A program made the position numbers and the translations under genes. A DNA stretch of 64,000 nucleotides from a virus. The notes below the pieces were generated by a model. That model had not been told where the DNA came from. It searched no databases and saw nothing but the letters and a program-made list of their open reading frames with translations. The stretch's first letter is position 1; each line of letters begins with the position of its first letter. Below, one piece after another: positions 18,162 to 28,171 of the stretch. The DNA is taken from positions 1 through 64,000 of IMG/VR virus record IMGVR_UViG_3300017963_000253; one strand, 5' to 3'.

Positions 18162-20618
18162 ATGAGCACGAGCACAATCGTCGTACCGGACTTCCAGTTC
18201 TCCGGTTTCTACTACGGGGAGATCGTCCGGAGGATCCGGATCTTCAACCGGATCAACGCGCCGGAGATCACCGCGGAGGTCCCGGAGGAACCGTTTATCC
18301 AGCTGGAGCGGACCTTCGGCTTGGTGGGGCACTACTGCAACGTCCTCCTGGACCTCGCGGCAAACGAGGTCCTCCTACCGACCGCAAAGCTTCAGGACTC
18401 CGTTCGTCTCCTTCTGGCGCTGATAGACTACCAAATCAAGGACTACGCTCCCGCCTCCGTGGAGCTTCTCCTGAAGTTGGCCCAGGTCCCGACTTCTTTA
18501 GTTCCTGTTCTAGAGGAGGACTCTCTCTTCGAGACGGAGCGGAACGATGACGGGGAGACCGTCCCCTTCGAGGTCGCGGACGCCGTCTCCGTGGGTCCCT
18601 CCAACGTCCTGGACGGGGTCTTCGGACTCCAGCTGGACCGGCAGGGTGCGGATGGCGCTACGGTAGTGGGAGACCCGACGGTCCTCCAGTCTGGAGCAAT
18701 GGCGGTAACCGCCGCGGACCTGAACGCGGAACTGGAGTTGACGGGGAGCGTCCTGGGTAACAACGGGACGTTCAAGATTTCGGAGGTGATAACCACCGGG
18801 GCGACCTCTCGGATCCGTCTCTCCGCCACGTTGGGCGGGGAGGAGCCGCTCTTCCTCTTCGAGACCGGGTTGACCTGGAAGATCCGGAAGTTCACCGCAA
18901 ACGGGGCTAGCGACGTGAACACCGGCGGGGTTCCGTACTTCACTCCCTGGACCGGGCGCGTAGCGGGGGACAAGCTCTATGTCGGCTCCAGCTGGGTGTT
19001 GTGGACCAAGTTGGAGTTGGCGTTCCGGACCCTCGGGGCTAACATGACCGGGGTCTGGGAGTACTACGACCCGGACCTCTCGGACGAGACCCCGGACTCC
19101 GTCTCAAATCAGGGCACGTACTTGAAGGTCCAGGTGGACGGACTCCTGGACCCGGACGGTGCTAGCCTGGACCGGAGCGGGGCGTTGGTTAAAGTGACCT
19201 ACCTCCCAACCGGAGTGAGTGAGACCCTGGTCTCCTACTGGGATGGACCCGGGAACTACGTGGACACCTCCGCGTTCCTGGGTCAGAGCGGAACCCCGAG
19301 CACGGCTCTGGAGGACTACGCGGTGGGGACGGACTGGAATCCCCTGGAGGGTGCGACGGACGGGAGCGCGGACCTCTCCGCGGACGGGGACCTGGAGTAC
19401 ACTCTCCCGCAGACGCTGCTCTCGAACTGGAGCAAGGTGGAGGTGGAGGGAGTGGAAGGCTTTTACCTCCGCTTCCGGGTGATCTCCACCTCCGGAGCTG
19501 GGGATCCTGAGATAGACACTCTCTCCATCGCGGGCGGGGACCAGTACCTCCTGGAGGACGGGGTCCAGGGGGAGACGGTCTCCAGCGAACCGCTCTACTC
19601 CTCCACCGGGACAGCGAAGCAGGAGGTGGAACTTTCCACGACTCCGGGCCTCCGCGATTCCGTTCGGGTCTTCGTGGACGAGGGAGGCGGGGAGATCGAG
19701 TGGACGAACCTGACCGCGATCGGGGAGACCCTCCTGACCTCCGGGAGCAAGGACCGGCACTTCGCGGTGAAGCAGGACTCCACCGGGACCCTAACAGTGA
19801 GATTCGGGGACGGGACCCGGGGGAAGATCCCCCCGATCGGGGTGGAAAACGTCCGGTTCGAGTATCGGGTCAACGCGGTGACGGACGGGAACGTTGGGGC
19901 GGGGACAGTGGTGGTGAACTCCGGGGGAGCCGCGCTGGTCTCGGAGGTGACGAACCCTCGCCCCGCCTTTGGTTGGCGGGAGGCGGAGGGTGCCTCCCCG
20001 GAGTCCCTGGAGTTGGTCAAGGAAGCGGGTCCGGCTTCCCTCCGGACCGGGAACCGAGCGGTGAACCCGAGCGACTACGAGGACCTAGCGCTGGCCTTCA
20101 CCGCCTCGAACGGAACCCGCCCGGTCGTTCGAGCTAAGGCAATCGAGGAGGGCTTCGGTCCGAAGACGATCAAGCTGGTGGTGGTGGGGACCAACGGAGT
20201 GGCGATCTCCGCCACCGTGAAGGCGGAGCTGGAGACCTACTTTAACGGGAACGAGGCGGAGGGGATCGAGGGAGTGGGGCAGAGCAACACGGAGGTGACG
20301 GTGGTCAACTTCACCCCGCGGTTGATCGTTCTCTCCATGACCGTAGAGGCCACCTCCGCCCTAACGGAGACCCTGGTCAAGACGAGGATGGCTACGCTCC
20401 TGAACCCCACCGCCGCGGAGGGGGGAACCTACGTCTGGAAGTTTGGGGGGAGAGCCCCGAACTCCAGGATAGCCTCGGAGGTCTTCAAGATCTCCCCGGG
20501 GAACGTCTTCGACGTGGACATCTCCCTCCCGTCCGCGGACGTCGAGTTGCTGGAGGACGAACTCCCGCTGCTGGACACCGCGGCTCTCAACGTAGCTATC
20601 TACCCCCCGAGCAACTAA
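18162..20618 (+). CDS. baseplate J-like wedge protein with large insertions
   Basis: D..ANE..LPTA...SV..L..LIDY, VRFGDGTRGKIPP, VTNP.PA.G..E...ESL, RAVNPSDYEDLA motifs. Confidence 0.88.
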   Translation: MSTSTIVVPDFQFSGFYYGEIVRRIRIFNRINAPEITAEVPEEPFIQLERTFGLVGHYCNVLLDLAANEVLLPTAKLQDSVRLLLALIDYQIKDYAPASVELLLKLAQVPTSLVPVLEEDSLFETERNDDGETVPFEVADAVSVGPSNVLDGVFGLQLDRQGADGATVVGDPTVLQSGAMAVTAADLNAELELTGSVLGNNGTFKISEVITTGATSRIRLSATLGGEEPLFLFETGLTWKIRKFTANGASDVNTGGVPYFTPWTGRVAGDKLYVGSSWVLWTKLELAFRTLGANMTGVWEYYDPDLSDETPDSVSNQGTYLKVQVDGLLDPDGASLDRSGALVKVTYLPTGVSETLVSYWDGPGNYVDTSAFLGQSGTPSTALEDYAVGTDWNPLEGATDGSADLSADGDLEYTLPQTLLSNWSKVEVEGVEGFYLRFRVISTSGAGDPEIDTLSIAGGDQYLLEDGVQGETVSSEPLYSSTGTAKQEVELSTTPGLRDSVRVFVDEGGGEIEWTNLTAIGETLLTSGSKDRHFAVKQDSTGTLTVRFGDGTRGKIPPIGVENVRFEYRVNAVTDGNVGAGTVVVNSGGAALVSEVTNPRPAFGWREAEGASPESLELVKEAGPASLRTGNRAVNPSDYEDLALAFTASNGTRPVVRAKAIEEGFGPKTIKLVVVGTNGVAISATVKAELETYFNGNEAEGIEGVGQSNTEVTVVNFTPRLIVLSMTVEATSALTETLVKTRMATLLNPTAAEGGTYVWKFGGRAPNSRIASEVFKISPGNVFDVDISLPSADVELLEDELPLLDTAALNVAIYPPSN

Positions 20619-20630
20619 GAGGTCCCTTCT

Positions 20631-21461
20631 ATGCGCTTTGAACTCCTCCCCCTAGACCCCCCGGACGGTTCTCTCCTGGTTCGAAAGGACGCTTGGATCG
20701 CTCTTAGAGTTCTGGGGGATGACCCGAACCTTCGCATCGAGATCTCCCGCGGGGGGAAGTGGGAGAAGGTCTGGGCTCACGGGGCTCCGCAACCCGGTTA
20801 CCCCACGTTTCGCCGGGAGGTCTCCCCGGGGGAGGTGGAGTTTCGGGTGAAACCGGCCCGGGAGTTCTCCGTCGGTAACCTGATCTCCGTTCGAGTTATC
20901 TCTAGAGAGGAGCGAGCGGGGTATGAGTTCGAGATCGGGGACCCCGCCAGCGTCCTGAACGTGGTTCAGACCGGAGCGGAGGAGGTCTCCCTGATCTTCT
21001 CCACGCCCCTGAAGTTGGAGGGTGCCGCCGCGAAGGCCCTCTGGGACCGGGACTCCTACCTCGTAGAGGGCAGCGTTTGTCTCTATCCCACGGAGGTCTC
21101 CGTGGTGAGTCCGACCCTGGTTAGACTCCGGATCTCCGAGATCCCGAACGGGGAAGTGTTCCGCCTCTCCGTTCGCGGGGAACTGGAGACCTGGGAGGGA
21201 CTCCCGCTGAAGGGAGCCTCTCGATATTGGACCTCCAGGATGGAGTCCCCGCGGGTGGCTCGAGTGGAGATGCAGGATCCCTGGACTTTGGACGTCTTCT
21301 TCACCCGGGCAGTGGGAGCGCGGGCAACGGACCCGGAGATCTACAACTTCACAAACGGACTACAAGCGGAACGTGTTCAGAAGCTGGACTCCAACTCCGT
21401 TCGCATGAAGTTGAAGACCGCCACGTTGCCGGGCGTTCAGTACGTCCTCAGCGTCTCGTAG
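20631..21461 (+). CDS. Ig-like repeat protein
   Basis: Repeated beta-sandwich segments (V.L.FS.PL..., LDVFFTRAV...ATDPEIY). Confidence 0.5.
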   Translation: MRFELLPLDPPDGSLLVRKDAWIALRVLGDDPNLRIEISRGGKWEKVWAHGAPQPGYPTFRREVSPGEVEFRVKPAREFSVGNLISVRVISREERAGYEFEIGDPASVLNVVQTGAEEVSLIFSTPLKLEGAAAKALWDRDSYLVEGSVCLYPTEVSVVSPTLVRLRISEIPNGEVFRLSVRGELETWEGLPLKGASRYWTSRMESPRVARVEMQDPWTLDVFFTRAVGARATDPEIYNFTNGLQAERVQKLDSNSVRMKLKTATLPGVQYVLSVS

Positions 21462-21470
21462 GAGGTAGAG

Positions 21471-23492
21471 ATGGCGACTTTGGACCAACCCATAGACCCC
21501 TCCAGCGTCTCCTTTAGAGGGTTCTCCACCAGCAACGCGCCGGTCTTCCCGCACGACACCTACTCCTTCCTGATGGCGTCCCTCCGGGAGCAGGACGCGA
21601 CGGAAGGAGAGGAACTACTCCTCCGCTGGCTTGCCTCAGAGCAGAGCGAGTTCGAGGACACCTACGCGCGGATAAAGACCCTCTTGACGTTTCCGGACCC
21701 GGAGATCTGTCCCGCGGAGGCTCTCCCCTATCTCCGCTGGATAGTGGGCCTGACCGCGAAACTGGACGGGGTGATAGGGGATATCTCGGAGGCGGACCTC
21801 CGACGACTGATCTCCGTAGCGGTCCGGATGTGGAAGTTGAAGGGAACGGAGAAGGGACTTGCAAACACGCTCCGAGCGCTGACCACGCGGACCGCGCGGA
21901 TCCTCAACTGGTTCTTCTTCCGAATCATCCTCGGGGAGGCGGAGCTGGGACGCGCGGAACTCAGCGTGGATCCCTGGCTCCTGGACGAACTTGGGATGCA
22001 GACCTCTATCCTCCCGGACTCCGTGATCACGGGGGGTCCGTACCTCCGCGGGGACGTTCTCCCCTCCGCGGACACTCCCGCCTGGACTTACGTCAGCGAG
22101 GGGGAGTCGGAGGGAACTATCTTCGCGGTCTCCGGAGAGGCTCTATTTCAGTTTCAGAGCTTCGGAAACGCCTTTGGGGGTCGGTACTACCTAGACGCAC
22201 CTTTGGACGCCTCCACGGCTGAAATAGGGGCCATCTGGACGGCATTGGATCTAACCGAGGTGGGGGGTCGTCCGTTCAGGCTCTTTCTGGAGGACGGTTC
22301 CCGTGGTTACGTCTTGAGCTGGTCAGATACGGAGGTGGCGCTGGAGAGCGTCTCCGGTTCCGTGATAGTGAGTCCGCGGAGTCGCGGGTTCTCCGTGGGT
22401 AACTCCTACCGGATGAGACTCTACAAGGACGGGGCGGGATCCGTTCGCGCCTCCGCGGACGGAGTGGACCTCTTCGGGGAGGTGTCCTCCGCACTCTTCC
22501 CGGTTAGTGTAAACTCTCGCTACGGATTTGGGTACCTGAACCTGGGGGAGAACCAAACCTGGACCGTTACTTGGGACGACGTGGGTCCCCTCCCGGAGTT
22601 GACTCTGAACCTGACCACGCTCTTGGGGGCAACGGAGGCGGTTCCCCACCGGATCCGTGTGAAGCACGTCCCGAGCAAGTCGGTCCGGACCGTCTACTCC
22701 TACTGGGACGGGTCCTCCAATCTCTGCCGCGTCTTAGACGCCTTCGGGAACGGAGCGCCGTTCACCGTCTCCCAGAACGACCTCCGGGTGGGGGTGGACC
22801 CGGACGAGTACGTCTCGGATGTTCGGATCGTGGACGACGGGACCGGGACTCTGGACCGGAACTTGATCGAGGGGATTATGTCCACGCTCCGGCCCTCCGG
22901 GGAGCGGTACTTCCTCCGCTACCTGGACTTCTCGGACGAGTTTCGACGGACCTTTGACTGGATTGCCGTTTCGGGGACGGCGGTTCCTAGTCTGGAAGAG
23001 GGACTCGTTACCCTGGGGGACCCCACTTTCGAGACCGTGATCAAGACGGACTACCCGAACGACGCGACGTGGGAGCAACCGCAACTGGTTGCGCAGTTCT
23101 CCCTAAAGGATCCCACTTCCTGGGGGGAGGTGAGGTTCAACTACCAGGACGAGTTCAACTTCTACGCGATGCGGTTGGACGCGGCGGGGAAACAAGTTCT
23201 TCTGGACCGGATGTTGGGAGGGGTCCGGACGAACCTCTCCACCGTGGGGATCCTGGTCTTCCACCCGGAGGTGAACTACTACCTCCACGTTCACGTGGAG
23301 AACTCCGTCACTCCCGGGACTTTGGTGATCAACTTTCACTTAGACGGGAACCTCCTAGGGACCGTGATCGACGCCGGAGGGAGTACCTCCGGGAAGTTGG
23401 CGGTCGCGGCCGGGATAGGGCAGGAACTGAAGTTAACTTTCTCGGAGATGTTCCAGCTTCCGCTGGACTCCGTTAGAATCGGACCACCTTAG
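21471..23492 (+). CDS. baseplate/tail protein I-like with lectin-like domains
   Basis: PDPEICPAEALPYLRWIVG...LRRLI..AV.MWKLKGT.KGL N-terminal tail-I motif. Confidence 0.75.
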   Translation: MATLDQPIDPSSVSFRGFSTSNAPVFPHDTYSFLMASLREQDATEGEELLLRWLASEQSEFEDTYARIKTLLTFPDPEICPAEALPYLRWIVGLTAKLDGVIGDISEADLRRLISVAVRMWKLKGTEKGLANTLRALTTRTARILNWFFFRIILGEAELGRAELSVDPWLLDELGMQTSILPDSVITGGPYLRGDVLPSADTPAWTYVSEGESEGTIFAVSGEALFQFQSFGNAFGGRYYLDAPLDASTAEIGAIWTALDLTEVGGRPFRLFLEDGSRGYVLSWSDTEVALESVSGSVIVSPRSRGFSVGNSYRMRLYKDGAGSVRASADGVDLFGEVSSALFPVSVNSRYGFGYLNLGENQTWTVTWDDVGPLPELTLNLTTLLGATEAVPHRIRVKHVPSKSVRTVYSYWDGSSNLCRVLDAFGNGAPFTVSQNDLRVGVDPDEYVSDVRIVDDGTGTLDRNLIEGIMSTLRPSGERYFLRYLDFSDEFRRTFDWIAVSGTAVPSLEEGLVTLGDPTFETVIKTDYPNDATWEQPQLVAQFSLKDPTSWGEVRFNYQDEFNFYAMRLDAAGKQVLLDRMLGGVRTNLSTVGILVFHPEVNYYLHVHVENSVTPGTLVINFHLDGNLLGTVIDAGGSTSGKLAVAAGIGQELKLTFSEMFQLPLDSVRIGPP

Positions 23493-23505
23493 CGAAGGGG
23501 ACGAG

Positions 23506-26500
23506 ATGAGCAACCGAACTTTCTTCGAGGACAAGCGATTCCTCCCGCAGCAGAGGATCAAGGACACTTTCTTCGACTACCTCCTGGACCGCTTCTTGGA
23601 CCTCGCCTCCCGGGTCTGGGGCGGACAACGCGGGGTCTTCGGATCCCTGAACCTGGTCTCCGGGGGAAACGACAAGTTCTCCGTTCAGACCCTCCCGGCG
23701 GAACTGCTGGACGGGGACGGTAACATCCTGAGCCTGGACGGTGCGGACGGGACGGGGATCCAGTTTGAGAACCTGGCGGCGACGGACTACTACGTGGGGG
23801 CTCGTCACAACTTGATCCCCTCCGGGGTCCTCCGGAATCAGCGTAACAACGTGATCTTCTACGACACGGAGGAGGACCGGATCGGGGAGGTCGGGGACCC
23901 CACCTCCGTGACGGAGGTCGCCGGGACGCTGGAGATCGTGGTCGACTCCGTCTTCGAGGCGGGGGTCTCCCACGCCGGGAGGTTGGTTACGGTCTGGCTC
24001 CGGCGCGCGTTGACCACGGAGGAGTCCGTAGCGATCGAGCGGAACTTGACGGTGGTCTGGACCGGGGGCGTGAACAAGGTCGTTACCTCCGGTCTCCTGG
24101 GACAGGCCGGGGGGAGCGCCTCAACGGATCCTACGGACTACCAGGTCTTCGCTCAGGGGGTCACGGTCCGGAAGGCGGACCTCTCCCTCGTCTCCCCCTA
24201 CGCGTACATCGGGAAAGTGACCGGCGGCGGCGCGGGGAACCCCCCGTCTGCCTTCTCCACCCTGGGACAGATTGACGTCTCGGACGGGATCAACCCGGAT
24301 CTCCAGGAAGCGTACACCGCGGGGCGAGAGATCTCCCCCTCCGGAGCTTACGGGGGCGCGGTGAAGATCGCCTCCGCGGACTCCGGGGACGCCCTGAGTT
24401 CCCTCCTTCACCTGGACCGGAAGGGTGCCACGGAGACAAATCCCGTGGACCTAGCTCTCGTGATGGACGAGGACGGAACCGGGCAGTTGAACGTCTACCC
24501 CCTATCTCACTCGACGGTGCTGCAGCTGGACGAACCGGCTCAAGTCAATGGGGGTACGGACGGACGCCTGGATCTGACCCGCGGCGGTGTGAACGTAGGG
24601 ACCGCTAAGGTCCGCCGGGACTGCGACCTAGTCCTCCTGACCGGGTTCGCCACCGCCGCTGTCAACGGGCTCTACAAGTTCGCGTCTCCCCCCAGCGGAG
24701 CAACGGTTTTCCTTACCCGCTGGGACGACGGAAGCGTGGCGGGTTACTGGAGCGGTGCCGGGGCGGAGGCGGGGAACGCGAGCTTCCTCCGCCTGGGAGT
24801 GGGGATCTCGAAGCGCCCGGAGGGAACCGGGACGGAACTCCAGCCCGGAAGACCTATGGTCGTAAACGGGTCGAACGAGACCGGAGACCCCGCCGCGGTC
24901 AAGCTCTACCCCAGGATGGGGTCCGCCGCGCTGGAGTGTTTCGAGGGAGACTCCGTAGTTCCCAGACTACAGGCGCTCCTTTCGAAGTTCGGGACGTTCG
25001 AGGGGAGAACTACCGGGAGTCCGGGGACCCCGGCGAACGAACTCTACCTCGCGGACCGCCTGGACAACACGGATTACATGCAGCTCGCGTACCTCGCCCT
25101 CTGCGGGGACTCCTCCACCGCGCCGTTCGCGGCGTTGCAGCCGGTTTTAAACTCCCCCTACCTCCTAGCGGAGGAGGACGTAACGCTGGCCGGGGACATC
25201 GTGACCTTCACGCGCGGGGGGAGTTTGGACCTGACCCAGAAAGACGGGCGGATCAACTCGGACCTGAACCTGCTCCTCCTGACGGACGCGGCGAACGAGG
25301 CGGACAACGGGCTCTACCTGATCGGATCACTGGCCAGTACCTTCATCGCGGCGGAGGACATGGACGGGAACACCTCGAGTTTCTTGGGGGCCTCCGCCAA
25401 GGCCAGGTTAGTGATCCCCAAGTTCCTCGTTGGGGGCTCTCAGGCGACGGGCGGGGGGAGCGGAAATTGGCTCCGCGGAAGCACGTTCGTCCTTCGGGAT
25501 CCCTACACTCAGGGCGCGGCACCGCTCAGGATCTTCACGGAGAACCAGGGCGGCGTGGAGGTCTACGACGGGGGTAAGAGCAACGCAACCTCCTACGCGG
25601 CACCGCGGACGTTCTTTGTGCTGGATCCCACGGTGATCGGGAACGACAACGCGCACCCGATCAAACTCCACCGCGCGACGGTGGTCCGAGGCGGAGGGGC
25701 CGGAGGGGGAACGGAGGAGGACTTCCACCTTCGGGACGGCGTTCGGATCTACGACGCGGGCGGCGGCGTGGACACCCGGGATCCGGCCTTTGCCCTCGCG
25801 GTGGACGGGGGCTTCCCGGAGGATCTCCCGACCCTTCACACGAAGCCGGCCTTCGCGGCGGATACGGTCGGGGGCGTCTCCAGGGGTCACAACTTCCGGG
25901 ACGACTTCATGTCCTACGACCCCACCACCGCTTGGACGAACGCTTGGCCGCAACCCCCACACTACTACACGTTCTTCGTGGGTGCCGGGACGATCACCCC
26001 GCGGGACATCTCGAACGGCGCGGGGTACGGGCACGGGTGCGTGGAGTTAGCCACCGGGACGAACGTCAGCGACGTTGCGGAGCTGGGGATCAACTCTATC
26101 TGCTGCAACCTGGACACCGCGAAGGACTTTCGTTGGTCCTTCCGCGGACGCTTGAAGGTGGGCAGCGTCACGAACATGACCTGCCGCTTCGGGTTCTACC
26201 GGGGAACCGGGAGTCAGAGGTACTACTTCGAGTGCAACAACGGGGTCTGGAGATTTGTCTACTGGAACGGAGCCGGGTACGTGGTCTCCGCGGAGAGCTG
26301 CAACGCCACGGTCGGGGAGTACCAGTGGTTTGACATTTACCTGTCGTCTAGCACGGTCGTATTCGTCGTGGAGCGGAAGGATCACGCCGCTGGGAGTTAC
26401 ATGAGCGGAGCTTACTCCATCCCCAACCTGGACGGTCAGGCCGGTGGGATCGGGGTGAACTGCTGGATCCAGACCCAGATCGCCGCGGCCTCCAAGTCTT

Positions 26501-26583
26501 GCGTCTTGGACTACTGGGAGGTCTTCGACACGGAGGTCTTGTACGGTAGGCTTGGAAACTCTCACAACCTGAACCACCCGTAG
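23506..26583 (+). CDS. tail fibre / receptor-binding protein
   Basis: 1025 aa Gly/Thr-rich after the baseplate; internal duplicated module; C-terminal beta-sandwich. Confidence 0.75.
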   Translation: MSNRTFFEDKRFLPQQRIKDTFFDYLLDRFLDLASRVWGGQRGVFGSLNLVSGGNDKFSVQTLPAELLDGDGNILSLDGADGTGIQFENLAATDYYVGARHNLIPSGVLRNQRNNVIFYDTEEDRIGEVGDPTSVTEVAGTLEIVVDSVFEAGVSHAGRLVTVWLRRALTTEESVAIERNLTVVWTGGVNKVVTSGLLGQAGGSASTDPTDYQVFAQGVTVRKADLSLVSPYAYIGKVTGGGAGNPPSAFSTLGQIDVSDGINPDLQEAYTAGREISPSGAYGGAVKIASADSGDALSSLLHLDRKGATETNPVDLALVMDEDGTGQLNVYPLSHSTVLQLDEPAQVNGGTDGRLDLTRGGVNVGTAKVRRDCDLVLLTGFATAAVNGLYKFASPPSGATVFLTRWDDGSVAGYWSGAGAEAGNASFLRLGVGISKRPEGTGTELQPGRPMVVNGSNETGDPAAVKLYPRMGSAALECFEGDSVVPRLQALLSKFGTFEGRTTGSPGTPANELYLADRLDNTDYMQLAYLALCGDSSTAPFAALQPVLNSPYLLAEEDVTLAGDIVTFTRGGSLDLTQKDGRINSDLNLLLLTDAANEADNGLYLIGSLASTFIAAEDMDGNTSSFLGASAKARLVIPKFLVGGSQATGGGSGNWLRGSTFVLRDPYTQGAAPLRIFTENQGGVEVYDGGKSNATSYAAPRTFFVLDPTVIGNDNAHPIKLHRATVVRGGGAGGGTEEDFHLRDGVRIYDAGGGVDTRDPAFALAVDGGFPEDLPTLHTKPAFAADTVGGVSRGHNFRDDFMSYDPTTAWTNAWPQPPHYYTFFVGAGTITPRDISNGAGYGHGCVELATGTNVSDVAELGINSICCNLDTAKDFRWSFRGRLKVGSVTNMTCRFGFYRGTGSQRYYFECNNGVWRFVYWNGAGYVVSAESCNATVGEYQWFDIYLSSSTVVFVVERKDHAAGSYMSGAYSIPNLDGQAGGIGVNCWIQTQIAAASKSCVLDYWEVFDTEVLYGRLGNSHNLNHP

Positions 26584-26593
26584 GAGGATTGGA

Positions 26594-26884
26594 ATGCAAA
26601 TAACCGTGGAGTGCGCGGAGTGCTCGAAGGAATTCGAGTTGACGATCCCCAGGGATCTCCCCGCTCAGATGAGGTTACGGAACGCAGGTACGCTCTCCGG
26701 GGTGACATGCTCTCATTGCGGGGGAGAGTTGGACTTGGAGACTCTGGATCTAAGCGAGACCGTCAACTCGAAGGCGAAGGAGAAGTCCCCCGCGAAGTCG
26801 AAGAAGTGCAAGAAGAAGGCTAGCGAGAGGCTGGCAACCCCTCCGGATCCGAACTTCGAGTACGGGGTGGGAGGTGCGAAATGA
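26594..26884 (+). CDS. zinc-ribbon protein
   Basis: CAEC...CSHC; AGGAGG RBS. Confidence 0.6.
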   Translation: MQITVECAECSKEFELTIPRDLPAQMRLRNAGTLSGVTCSHCGGELDLETLDLSETVNSKAKEKSPAKSKKCKKKASERLATPPDPNFEYGVGGAK

Positions 26885-27147
26885 ACGCCCCGGAACTGGA
26901 TAGCAAGGTCACCGCAACGGAAGCGGACGGTTGGCTCGTGAAGTCCTTCGAGGTTCCGGCGGAAAGACCAGACCCGTCGGTCTTCAAGTTGAAGGGGGTT
27001 CCCCAGGTGGAGGGGTTGGACTTCACTCTGGAGGGGAACGTGGTAACCTGGCGGACCGCAATCTCCCCCTACGCGCGGGTGGAGATCTTCGACTCCGGGG
27101 ACTCCCTGTCCTGGGGTTGGTCCGCGGTGGCTGGGGAAGACAGCTAA
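26881..27147 (+). CDS. hypothetical protein
   Basis: ATGA overlap, GGAGG RBS. Confidence 0.6.
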   Translation: MNAPELDSKVTATEADGWLVKSFEVPAERPDPSVFKLKGVPQVEGLDFTLEGNVVTWRTAISPYARVEIFDSGDSLSWGWSAVAGEDS

Positions 27148-27186
27148 CAACAGACCCCGGAGAGACCGGGGAGAAAGGTGGTTGGG

Positions 27187-27804
27187 ATGAGAAAGTACCT
27201 GATCGCGGCGTTCTTCGCCGCCCTACTTGCGGTTGAGATTGGAGGAGTCTACTCGGACGCGTTCGCAGGCACGGACGCCGCGGTCTCGGGGGTGACCGCT
27301 CCCTCCACTGCCTCCGCGGAAGTGAAGCTCCTGGACTCCTCCGTCGAGGTGAAGAAGGCGGACGCGGGGACCACCGCGGGGAGTTCCAAAGATCCCCCGG
27401 TAGAGAAGAAGGTGGAGGGGACTCAGAGTTGGTGGCAGGCGTTACTCTACGACGTTGTCTTCAACTTTATCCTCCCTGTCTTCACCCCGGTGATCCTTGC
27501 CCTTCTGATGTGGCTACTTCGAAAGTGGGGTCTGAAGATTGAGTACGAACGCCTGGAGAAGGTGGCGGAGTTCGGCTCGAACTACGCGGAGCAGAAGGGA
27601 GCGGAGTGGCTGAAGGAGAAGGGAGCGAAAAGCCCCGGGGCGAAGAAGGAGGAGTGGGCCTGGGAGCTGGTGGAGTCCCTGGACAAGAAACTGAAGGGCT
27701 CCAAGAAGCTCCAGGCGCTGCTCATCTCCAAGATCCCCGGGGCGGAGGCCTCCGTCTCCGAGGCGGCGAGCTACAAACCGGACGCCGCGATAAGGGAGGA
27801 GTAG
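27187..27804 (+). CDS. holin-like membrane protein (LL-H type) with N-terminal signal segment
   Basis: TM segment followed by NYAEQ...PGAKKEEWA, resembling the LL-H holin AEQ...GxEK pattern. Confidence 0.55.
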   Translation: MRKYLIAAFFAALLAVEIGGVYSDAFAGTDAAVSGVTAPSTASAEVKLLDSSVEVKKADAGTTAGSSKDPPVEKKVEGTQSWWQALLYDVVFNFILPVFTPVILALLMWLLRKWGLKIEYERLEKVAEFGSNYAEQKGAEWLKEKGAKSPGAKKEEWAWELVESLDKKLKGSKKLQALLISKIPGAEASVSEAASYKPDAAIREE

Positions 27805-27808
27805 GGAG

Positions 27809-28171
27809 ATGCCCTGGTGGGGTTGGTTGCTCCTGGGAGCCGGGGTCTCCCTCCTCTCCGTCTTGATCCTCTGGCTCATCCTGCGGAAGCGGGGAGGTGG
27901 GGAGGTGGACCGCGCCGCGCTGGCGGACGTGAAGTTTCGTCGCCTCCGGGAGGAGTTGGAGGCGGAGTCCGAGATGCGACGTAAGGCGGAGCGGATTGGA
28001 AGGGACCTCGAACTGGAGCTTCGCGGCGTTGCGGAGCGGAAGAAGAAGAGACTGGAGGAGGTAGATGAAGAGACTCGCAAGCGCTTTTCTGACCTTTCTG
28101 ACGATCCTGACGCTCTCCTCTCCCGGGTGGACGAGATCCTCTCCGGAAAAACCGGAACCGGACCTCCGTAG
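27809..28171 (+). CDS. inner-membrane spanin-like protein (Rz-like)
   Basis: N-terminal TM helix plus long coiled coil. Confidence 0.55.
   Translation: MPWWGWLLLGAGVSLLSVLILWLILRKRGGGEVDRAALADVKFRRLREELEAESEMRRKAERIGRDLELELRGVAERKKKRLEEVDEETRKRFSDLSDDPDALLSRVDEILSGKTGTGPP

Noticed and set aside
23506-26583. Diversity-generating retroelement target in the tail fibre
   Set aside because: No reverse transcriptase or template/variable repeat pair seen in the window
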